Origin: Macrostomum lignano
Taxonomy: Eukaryota
Reading direction: 5' to 3'
Length of the DNA stretch: 64,000 bases
NCBI GenBank assembly: GCA_002269645.1
Contig: NIVC01001922.1
Location: 122,417-186,416, forward strand
The position numbers and the translations under genes are program-made. The notes under the pieces are model-generated. The model ran no database searches. It was not told the DNA's origin and worked only from the letters and a program-made list of their open reading frames with translations. Numbering within the stretch: position 1 is the stretch's first letter; every line of letters begins with the position of its first letter. Below are positions 10,694 through 21,500 of the stretch, piece after piece.

Positions 10694-13600
10694 TCAGTCC
10701 TCAATGTAGGCGTCCAGCAGCTGCAGCAGCTCGGGGCCGCTGGTCCTGGCGTGCTGTTCGAATTCCTTGGCGTCCACCTTCTTGTTGCTGTCCTGGAATC
10801 GTTGGGGATGGAATTTTAGCTGTCTGCTTGCTCCTCTCTCCCTTGTCTGACGTGATTCCCTCCCTTGTCTGCCGTGATTCCCTCCCTTGTCTGCCGTGAT
10901 TCCCTCCCTTGTCTGCCGTGATTCCCTCTCTTGTCTGCCGTGATTCCCTCCCTTGTCTGCCGTGATTCTCTCCCTTGTCTGCCGTGATTCTCTCCCTTGT
11001 CTGCCGTGATTCTCTACCTTGTCTGCCGTGATTCCCTCCCTTGTCTGCCGTGATTCTCTCCCTTGTCTGCCGTGATTCTCTCCCTTGTCTGCCGTGATTC
11101 TCTCCCTTGTCTGCCGTGATTCTCTCCCTTGTCTGCCGTGATTCTCTCCCTTGTCTGCCGTGATTCTCTCCCTTGTCTGCCGTGATTCTCTCCCTTGTCT
11201 GCCGTGATTCTCTCCCTTCTCTGCCGTGATTCTCTCCCTTGTCTGCCGTGATTCTCTCCCTTGTCTGCCGTGATTCTCTCCCTTGTCTGCCGTGATTCTC
11301 TCCCTTGTCTGCCGTGATTCTCTCCGTTGTCTGCCGTGATTCTCTCCCTTGTCTGCCGTGATTCTCTCCCTTGTCTGCCGTGATTCTCTACCTTGTCTGC
11401 CGTGATTCCCTCCCTTGTCTGCCGTGATTCCCTCCCTTGTCTGCCGTGATTCCCTCCCTTGTCTGCCGTGATTCTCTCTGTTGTCTGCCGTGATAATCTA
11501 CCTTGTCTGCCGTGATTCTCTCCCTTGTCTGCCGTGATTCTCTACCTTGTCTGCCGCCATTCTCTACCTTGTCTGTCATGATTCTCTACCTTGTCTGCCG
11601 TGATTCTCTACCTTGTCTGCCGCCATTCTCTACCTTGTCTGACATGATGATCTACCTTGTCTACCGTGGTGATCTACGAGTATCTACCTTGTCTGTCTTG
11701 TGTAGTGCAAAAGGTAGGCAGTCACGTTCAACAACTTCCTCCCTTATCTCCCTTGGAAGCCGAGGGATTTTCCGGCTATCCGTCAATAACACGTCACTCA
11801 CAGAGTCTATCTGGCTGAAAAGCTTATCGATGTCGCGGTCAGTCAGCTGCCGGCTGTCCCTGGCGCCCACCAGGTAGGCCCGGCTGGTGGCCAGGTCGTG
11901 GTAATAGCGCCGGATCTCTGCCAGCTCGATGCAGCCGCTGGAGTCTCGATCGATGATGTCGAATACGACTGCGGTGGGAATGGGAGCCGCTTCGTGATGT
12001 CCACATCCCCAATCCCCACTCTCCCATACCCACACTCCCATACTCCACACTCCCATACTCCACACTCCCATACTCCACACTCCCATACTCCACTCTCCCA
12101 TACCCACACTCCCATACTCCACTCTCCCATACCCACACTCCCATACTCCACACTCCCATACTCCACACTCCCATACCCACACTCCCATACCCACACTCCC
12201 ATACCCCACACTCCCATACTCCACACTCCCATACTCCACACTCCCATACCCACACTCCCATACCCACACTCCCATACTCCACACTCCCATACCCCACACT
12301 CCCAATCCCAACAGTCCCATGCCCCACACTCCCATACCCACACTCCCATACCCCACACTCCCATACTCCACACTCCCATACCCCACACTCCCATACCCAC
12401 ACTCCCATACCCACACTCCCATACTCCACACTCCCATACCCCACACTCCCATACCCAGACTGCAATACGCAATTGCTCCTTTATATCCCATTATATCCCA
12501 CACACCATCCGACACATTTCCCAGATCTTCATTTAAGCTTTTCCCCGGCGCAGCCACGCATGGCAGCTGCCTGGCAGTCTCTCACTTTGCACTTTAGTTG
12601 CCACCGGGAACCGGATGAGCAGGATGAAGTACTTAATGAACTCCGAGGCGCTCAGCTCACCGTCGGCATTGGTGTCGAGCACCTGGAACACCGCGCTGAT
12701 GAGCAGCTCATTGTAACTGGTCATGTTCATCATGGCGAGGAAGTCCTTGAAGTCCTGGGCGGTGGAAACGAATGGACTCACTGTGGTAGGGTGAGTGACT
12801 GGGCTCACTGTGGTAGGGTGAGTGAACTGGGCTCACTCTGGTTGGGTGAGTGAACTGGGCTCACTGTGGTTGGGTGAGTGAACTGGGCTCACTGTGGTTG
12901 GGTGAGTGAACTGGGCTCACTCTGGTTGGGTGAGTGAACTGGGCTCATTCTGGTTGGGTGAGTGAACTGGACTCACTCTGGTTGGGTGAGTGAACTGGGC
13001 TCACTCTGGTTGGGTGAGTGACTGGGCTCACTGTGGTAGGGTGAGTGAACTGGGCTCACTGTGGTAGGGTGAGTGAACTGGGCTCACTGTGGTAGGGTGA
13101 GTGAACTGGGCTCACTGTGGTAGGGTGAGTGAACTGGGCTCACTGTGGTTGGGTGAGTGAACTGGGCTCACTGTGGTTGGGTGAGTGAACTGGGCTCACT
13201 CTGGTTGGGTGAGTGAACTGGGCTCACTGTGGTTGGGTGAGTGAACTGGACTCACTGTGGTTGGGTGAGTGAACTGGGCTCACTGTGGTTGGGTGAGTGA
13301 ACTGGGCTCACTGTGGTAGGGTGAGTGAACTGGGCTCACTCTGGTTGGGTGAGTGAACTGGGCTCACTGTGGTAGGGTGAGTGAACTGGGCTCACTCTGG
13401 TTGGGTGAGTGAACTGGGCTCACTGTGGTTGGGTGAGTGAACTGGGCTCACTGTGGTTGGGTGAGTGAACTGGGCTCACTCTGGTTGGGTGAGTGAACTG
13501 GGCTCATTCTGGTTGGGTGAGTGAACTGGACTCACTGTGGTTGGGTGAGTGAACTGGGCTCACTCTGGTTGGGTGAGTGACTGGGCTCACTGTGGTTGGG

Positions 13601-14854
13601 TGAGTGAACTGGGCTCACTGTGGTTGGGTGAGTGAACTGGGCTCACTCTGGTTGGGTGAGTGAACTGGACTCACTCTGGTTGGGTGAGTGAACTGGGCTC
13701 ACTCTGGTTGGGTGAGTGACTGGGCTCACTGTGGTTGGGTGAGTGACTGGGCTCACTCTGGTTGGGTGAGTGAACTGGGCTCACTCTGGTTGGGTGAGTG
13801 ACTGGGCTCACTGTGGTTGGGTGAGTGAACTCGGCTCACTCTGGTTGGGTGAGTGACTGGGCTCACTCTGGTTGGGTGAGTGAACTCGGCTCACTCTGGT
13901 TGGGTGAGTGACTGGGCTCACTCTGGTTGGGTGAGTGACTGGGCTCACTGTTGTAGGGTGAGTGAACTGGGCTCACTCTGGTTGGGTGAGTGACTGGTCT
14001 CACTCTGGTTGGGTGAGTGACTGGGCTCACTCTGGTTGGGTGAGTGACTGGGCTCACTCTGGTTGGGTGAGTGAACTGGGCTCACTCTGGTTGGGTGAGT
14101 GACTGGGCTCACTCTGGTTGTGTGAGTGACTGGGCTCACTCTGGTTGGGTGAGTGACTGGGCTCACTCTGGTTGGGTGAGTGAACTGGGCTCACTCTGGT
14201 TGGGTGAGTGAACTGGGCTCACTCTGGTTGGGTGAGTGAACTGGGCTCACTCTGGTTGGGTGAGTGAACTGGGCTCATTCTGGTTGGGTGAGTGAACTGG
14301 ACTCACTGTGGTTGGGTGAGTGAACTGGGCTCACTCTGGTTGGGTGAGTGAACTGGGCTCACTCTGGTTGGGTGAGTGAACTGGGCTCACTCTTGTTGGG
14401 TGAGTGAACTGGACTCACTGTGGTTGGGTGAGTGAACTGGTCTCACTCTGGTTGGGTGAGTGACTGGGCTCACTCTGGTTGGGTGAGTGACTGGGCTCAC
14501 TGTGGTTGGGTGAGTGACTGGGCTCACTGTGGTTGGATGAGTGAACTGGGCTCACTGTGGTTGGGTGAGTGACTGGGCTCACTCTTAGAGTGGCTGAAAG
14601 GGCTCACTCGAGAGCAGAGTACAAACAGCTTATCAACTCACATCTCTGCTCATGGTTTTCATATTGAATCGGCAGAACTTGCGAAACGTGTCCACCGTGT
14701 AGTCTCTGTCCTCATCGCTCACTGAAAGCAGCAATTGGAGCTGTATTGCATAGCAGAGCGTGCTCAATTAATTAGATTAATAACACTCACGGGAAAGTTT
14801 TGTTACTAATTTGTTTATCTCCTCTTTCTGCTGTTTAGCGAGCCTCGAGCCCAT
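10694..14854 (-). CDS. Neuronal calcium sensor (NCS/recoverin/GCAP-like) EF-hand protein, 192 aa, N-myristoylation motif
   Basis: Exons 14854-14791, 14721-14642, 12754-12586, 11968-11802, 10792-10694 join in frame: MGSRLAKQQKEEINKLV...VFQVLDTNADGELSASEF...VFDIIDRDSSGCIELAEI...LFSQIDSDSNKKVDAKEF...LDAYIED*. It has an N-terminal MG, three recognisable EF loops and a degenerate EF1, which is the NCS-1 layout. Confidence 0.9.
10845..11690 (+). repeat. 22-bp minisatellite (CCTTGTCTGCCGTGATTCTCTC)
   Basis: About 37 units in the last intron of the NCS gene. Confidence 0.95.
12005..12457 (+). repeat. About 15-16-bp minisatellite (CACACTCCCATAC[T/C]C)
   Basis: Fills NCS intron 12585-11969. Confidence 0.93.
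12775..14590 (+). repeat. 27-28-bp minisatellite (GGGCTCACT[C/G]TGGTTGGGTGAGTGAACT), about 64 units
   Basis: Fills NCS intron 14641-12755. Confidence 0.97.
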
Positions 14855-15580
14855 TGCTGTTAAGTGCTGTAAGCCGTCTGTAAGGAGCTAGCTGCAGAGA
14901 GCCACACGCCACAGCAATGCAGAAGCAAACAGAGTTTCAGCGAAGCCGGCAGAACAAGCGCGCAGTTTTAACAGCGGGCTCAGGCAGACCTTTCAGTTCT
15001 GTACAGGCCGGGTGCGGGCGCTTCAACATTGGGCGAACAGAGGGGGGTGTGAGCGGAGTTCGGGCGGCAGTGTACACTCCCTGTGTACTCAGTGCGCGCG
15101 CGCCTCTGCCCAGCTTTTGTCTACCTTTCTTCCTCCCAACAGAAATTAGCTGTTTTTTATACTCTGACAATAGTAGTTTAAATTCATTTCTGATGACAAT
15201 GTACGCATTAGTGTTATTATATAGCAGGGGTGCCGAAATGTGTCATTAGCGTGCCAAAATATGTCCTAAAGAGTGCCAAAATGTTTCCTAAAGAATGCCG
15301 AAATGTGTTCTAAAGGGTACCAAAGTGTCCTGAAGGGTCTATAATGCTGCCAAATTCATAAATTGTGATTAACTTTACAAATTTACATTCATTTCAAGAA
15401 ACACAGGAACGCCAGATCTGTAGAAGCATTCGATCCACTCGGTCTGTCACTCTAAATTAAATAAAAATAAAATGTATTTGCAATTCCTGCGCATTGACAA
15501 GCCCTTTCCCCACACAGTTTCACACGAGTCCGCAACAGCCTACTAACAAGTAGCAAAATTTGCAGAGCGGGCGTTAAACA

Positions 15581-18500
15581 TCAAGCCAGCAGGCCCCACA
15601 GGAAGCTGCCCACGGCGAATAGCAGCAGGGCTGAGCAGTTCACGACGCGGTCCCAGGCGCTGCCGCTCTTCATCTCCGCCACCAGCTGGCGCGCCCGCTC
15701 CGCGGCTTCGGCAGCGTCGGCCGCTTTTCGCTCCTCCTCGGTGGCGGCGCCGCCGTTGTCGACATCGGAGAAGCCGCAGAACCAGCGGAGGAAGAAGCGG
15801 AAGGCCCGGCGACTGACTGGCGTGTGCACCATGACCGTCTGTGGCTCGGACGCCGAGGGAGTCGACGGGTCGCCGACTGGCTTGAGCTCCAAGCCTTCGG
15901 GCTGCTGATGCTGCTCTTCCTGAGCAGTTTCTTCTACTTCTTCTGCTCCTGCCGCTCCTGATGAAGGTTCAGCAGATGCCGGAGCTTCTGCCTGCTGCTG
16001 CTGTTGGTCGTTTTGGGTCACCCAGGTGAGACCGGCGAGCTGCGGCGTGTGGAGTGGATGAGCAGGAGAACTGGAGTGGAATTTGCTGCAAGACGAGCGT
16101 AGGCTAGAATGGGTTGGAATAAGTTGGAATGGATTGGAAAGAACTGGAATAGATTCGAGTGAACAGGAATGGATTGGAGTGAACAGGAATGGATTGGAGT
16201 GGACAGGAATGGATTGGAGTGAACAGGAATGGATTGGAGTGAATAGGAATGGATTGGAGTGAATAGGAATGGACTGGAGTGAACAGGAATGGATTGGAGT
16301 GAACTGGAATAGATTGGAGTGGACTGGAATGGATTGGAGCGAACAGGAATGGATTGGAGTGAACAACAATGGATTGGAGTGAACGGGAATGGATTGGAGT
16401 GAACAGGAATGGATTGGAGTGAACTGGAATGGATTGGAGTGGGCTGGAATGGATTGGAGTGAACAGGAATGGATTGGAGTGAACAACAATGGATTGGAGT
16501 GAACAGGAATGGATTGGAGTGAACTGGAATGGATTGGAGTGGGCTGGAATGGATTGGAGTGAACAGGAATGGATTGGAGTGAACAGCAATGGATTGGAGT
16601 GGACTGGAATGGATTGGAGTGAACAGGAATGGATTGGAGTGAACTGGAATGGATTGGAGTGAACAACAATGGATTGGAGTGAACAGGAATGGATTGGAGT
16701 GAACAACAATGGATTGGAGTGAACAGGAATGGACTGGAGTGAACAGCAATGGATTGGAGTGGACTGGAATGGATTGGAGTAAACAACAATGGATTGGAGT
16801 GAACAGGAATGGACTGGAGTGAACAGCAATGGATTGGAGTGAACTGGAATGGATTGGAGTGGACTGGAATGGATTGGAGTGGACTGGAATGAATTGGAGT
16901 GGACTGGAACGGATTTTAGTAGACTGGAATGGATTTTAGTGAACTGGAGTGGTAACCCACCTGCTCCCTGTCCACGGGCTTGGTGAGCAGCGAGATGGCG
17001 GTCATGATCAGCGCTGCGAAGGCGAACAGCGCGATGCCGAAGTGCAGGAAGTGCAGCTGGGCAATGGGCGCAGGCCGGGTGTCCGCCTCGCCGCACTGGG
17101 GCGGCGGGTACACAAAGTTCAGCACCATCCAGACCACGCCGATCACCATGGAAACCAGCAAGCCCCAGAAGACGCCCTGCACAAATTTTCAAACATTTCT
17201 GGATTGAATTTCACTTTTTCCGAAATCCAGCGCATCATACTACTCACCGGTTCAGTAGTGCGCGGCCACAGGCTGGCCATGAGGAAGACGGTGAGAATCG
17301 GCGGCGTGAGGTATGACGTCACCGACTGGGCGTAGATCACCAGCTGGCCGCCGCCGCTGGTGCGCACGATCGGCAGCCAGAGGACTCCGATCACCGTCAG
17401 GGCCACGATGAACAGCCTGCGGGGGGAGGCGAGCTCAGGACGTTTGTGGGCTCGGCTTGAATCTCACTCTGTTCCGGTCGGGTCTCACTCTCCCCAGTCG
17501 GGTCTCACTCTCCTTGGGTGGGATCTCACCTTCTCGTAGTAGAATCTCACCCTCTGTCTGTAGAATCTCACCCCCTGTCGGTAGAATCTCACCCCTGTCG
17601 GTAGAATCTCACCCTTTTTCGGTGAGATCTTACCCTTCATTAGTAGAATCTCACCCTCTGTCGGTATAATCTCCCCCTGTCGGTAGAATCTCACTCCCTG
17701 TCGGTAGAATCTAACCCTTTTTCGGTGAAATCTTACCCTTCATTAGTAAAATCTCATACTCTGTCGGTCGGGTCTCCCTCACCCTGGTTGGGATCTTACT
17801 CTCCCTTAGTAGAATCTGGCGCACTATTGGTAAAGTCTCGGTAGAATTGAATTTCACCTGCCCACTTGAGAATCTCACCTGCCCACTTGAGAATCTCACC
17901 TGCTCACTAGAGAATCTCACCTGCTCACTATAGAGAAGCTCACCTGCTCACTAGATAAGCTCACCTGCTCACTAGAGACAATCTCACCTGCTCACTATAG
18001 AGAATCTCAAGAATCTCACCTGCTCACTAGAGAGAATCTCACCTGCTCACTAGAGAGAATCTCACCTGCTCACTAGAGAGAATCTCACCTGCTCACTAGA
18101 GAGAATCTAACCTGCTCACTAGAGAGAATCTCACCTGCTCACTAGAGAGGGTCTTACCTGCTCACTAGAGAATCTCACCTTCTCACTATAGAGAAGCTCA
18201 CCTGCTCACTAGAGAATCTCCCCTGCTCACTATAGAGAAGCTTACCTGCTCACTAGAGAAGCTCACCTGCTCACTAGAGAGAATCTCAGCTGCCCATTAG
18301 AGAATCTCACCTGTTCACTAGAGAATCTCACCTGCTCACTAGAGAAAATCTCACCTGCTCACTAGAGACAATCTCACCTGCTCACTATAGAGAATTTCAA
18401 GAATCTCACCTGCTCACTAGAGAGAATCTCACCTGCTCACTAGAGAGAATCTCACCTGCTCACTAGAGAGAATCTCACCTGCTCACTAGAGAGAATCTCA

Positions 18501-21500
18501 CCTGCTCACTAGAGAGAATCTCACCTGCTCACTAGAGAGAATCTCACCTGCTCACTAGAGAGAATCTCACCTGCTCACTAGAGAGAATCTCACCTGCTCA
18601 CTAGAGAGAATCTCACCTGCTCACTAGAGAGAATCTCACCTGCTCACTAGAGAGAATCTCACCTGCCCACGATGACTTTCTCGACCTCGCCGGCGGCCGG
18701 GCGCAGGCGCAGCCACAAGTCGATGGTGAAGAGGGTGCCGCCGCTGTTGAAGATGGAGGTGATGGAGGAGATGAGGGCCGCCAGCATCGCGGCGATCATG
18801 ACCCCGCGAACTCCGGTGGGCAGCATCTGCTTGATGATCTCGATGTAGGCCACGTTGCTGCAGCCCTCCGGGATGCCGCACAGCCTCTCGCAGGCGGAGG
18901 CGTTGACGCAGGCGACGATGTCGGCGTAGTGAATCCGGCTGACCATGCCGGGGATGATCATCAGCAGCAGCGGCAACGTCTTCAGGAAGCCCGCGGCCAC
19001 GCTGCCGGCCTAGGCGGGTGGAGAGTATAGTAGAGTGCATAGTGAAGTATAAAGTAGAGTGCATAGTAGAGTGAATAGTCAAGTGCATAGTGGAGTGCAT
19101 AAGTAGAGTGCATAGTAGAGTGCATAGTAGAGTGCATAGTCAAGTGCATAGTAGAGTGCATAGTAGAGTGCATAGTCAAGTGCATAGTGGAGTGCATAGT
19201 AGAGTGCATAGTCGAGTGCATAGTGGAATGCATAGTAGAGTGCATAGTCGAGTGCATAGTCGAGTGCATAGTCGAGTGCATAGTCGAGTGCATAGTCAAG
19301 TGCATAGTAGAGTGCATAGTAGAGTGCATAGTAGAGTGCATAGTAGATTTGAGTAGCCATCAAAATTTGACACCACCAAAACAGCAATGCTGCGGGTAAC
19401 CCTGGCCTAACGCCCTCCACGAAATAATGCCACACAGGCACGCACTCCACACGCTCACACAGGGTGTACAACGGCCCTGACTTTCCAATCGTCAGGCATG
19501 TACACTCTCTGTGTTATTTTTTCGACTCCCAAATTGGCAACCAATCCCCCAGCGGCAACCTTGGCGTGCTGCAGGCTCCTGGCCGCCAGGGTTCTCTGCA
19601 CGAACAGCTGATCGGTGCACCAGTGCCAGGCGGACAGGATGTTGGCGCCAAAGAAGGCTCCCAGCCAGGGGTAGTCGGGGTCGGCGATGTGGCGCAGCAT
19701 GTGGAAGGCCTGCGGGTCGGGGGCGCCGCAGCCGGTCGAGTTGTCGTAGTCGGCGGGGTACGAGGCTAGGAAGCGGCTCTGCAGGTTGCCGAGGCCGCCG
19801 ATGGAGTCGATGCTCATGACGGCCAGGACGCCGGCGCCCAGCACAACGATGACGCCTTGGACTGCGTCCGTGATTATGACCGTGGTCAGGCCGCCCACCA
19901 TAGTGTAGATTGCAGTCATCAGCAGCAGCACCGTGATGGACAGCACCTGGTCCCAGCCCATCGTGTTCTGGATGATCAGCGAGCCGGCGTACACCTCCAG
20001 CTGTGGGCGGACGGTGTACAGGGCTGATGATGCTGGGTTGTGGTTCGGATGCTGGGGCGGACGGTGAGCGGATGGTGGGGCGGACGGTGGGGCGGACGGT
20101 GTACAGGGCTGATGATGCTGGGTTGTGGTTCGGATGCTGGGGCGGACGGTGAGCGGATGGTGGGGCGGACGGTGGGCGGATGGTGGGGCGGACGGTGAGC
20201 AGATGGTGGGGCGGACGGTGAGCAGATGGTGGGGCGGACGGTGAGCAGATGGTGGGGCGGACGGTGATCGGATGGTGGGGCGGACGGTGATCGGATGGTG
20301 GGGCGGATGGTGAGCAGATGGTGGGGCGGACGGTGATCGGATGGTGGGGCGGACGGTGAGCAGATGGTGGGGCGGACGGTGATCGGATGGTGGGGTGGAT
20401 GGTGAGCAGATGGTGGGGGGGACGGTGAGCAGATGGTGGGGCGGATGGTGAGCAGATGGTGGGGCGGACGGTGAGCGGATGGTGGGGGGGACGGTGAGCA
20501 GATGGTGGGGCGGACGGTGATCGGATGATGGGGCGGATGGTGAGCAGATGGTGGGGGGACGGTGAGCAGATGGTGGGGCGGACGGTGAGCAGATGGTGGG
20601 GGGGACGGTGAGCAGATGGTGGGGCGGACGGTGAGCGGATGGTGGGGCGGACGGTGGGGCGGACGGTGTACAGGGCTGATGATGCTGGGTTGTGGTTCGG
20701 ATGGTGGGGCGGACGGTGATCGGATGGTGGGGCGGATGGTGAGCGGATGGTGGGGCGGACGGTGAGCAGATGGTGGGGCGGACGGTGAGCGGATGGTGGG
20801 GCGGATGGTGAGCGGATGGTGGGGGGGACGGTGAGCAGATGGTGGGGCGGACGGTGGGGCGGACGGTGAGCGGATGGTGGGGCGGACGGTGAGCGGATGG
20901 TGGGGCGGACGGTGGGGCGGACGGTGAGCGGATGGTGAGCGGATGGTGAGCGGATGGTGAGCGGATGGTGAGCGGATGGTGAGCGGATGGTGAGCGGACG
21001 GTGAGCGGACGGTGAGCGGATGGTGGGGCGGATGGTGAGCAGATGGTGGGGCGGACGGTGAGCAGATGGTGAGCGGACGGTGAGCGGACGGTGAGCGGAC
21101 GGTGAGCGGATGGTGAGCGGATGGTGAGCGGACGGTGAGCGGATGGTAGGGCGGACGGTGGGGCGGACGGTAGGGCGGAGTTGTGGGGCGGAGTTTTTTG
21201 GCGGACGGTGGGGCGGACGGTGGGGCGGATGATGGGGCGGATGGTAGGGCAGAGTTGCGCATTGGACGGTGGGGCGGATGGTGGGGCGGACGGTGGAGCG
21301 CATGATGGGGCGGACGGTGGGGCGGATGTCGGGGCGAACAATGGGGCGGACAGTGGGGCGGATGGTGGGCGGATGGTGGGGCGGAGACTCACCGAGAGCT
21401 TGGCGAAGACGTACATGAGCAGCGACTGCACAGCCAGCAGGATCTGCATTCGCTTGCCGCCGAATCGCTTCTTAATGTACTCCGGCATGGTAAAGGCCTG

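Noticed and set aside
11661-12597. Cys/Trp/Gly-rich and His/Pro-rich ORFs (VWECG, PHSHT)
   Set aside because: Translations of the 15-16-bp intronic minisatellite.
12775-12790. 28-bp array apparently derived from the NCS exon-3 acceptor (CCACAG|TGAG)
   Set aside because: Phase requires the acceptor at 12755 (GCCCAG|GAC), so the array ends about 20 nt upstream and does not span the junction.
19455-21488. 677-aa ORF with a Pro/His-rich middle
   Set aside because: It reads through SLC5 intron 21392-20001; the real exons are bounded by canonical splice sites and match the SGLT alignment without the insert.
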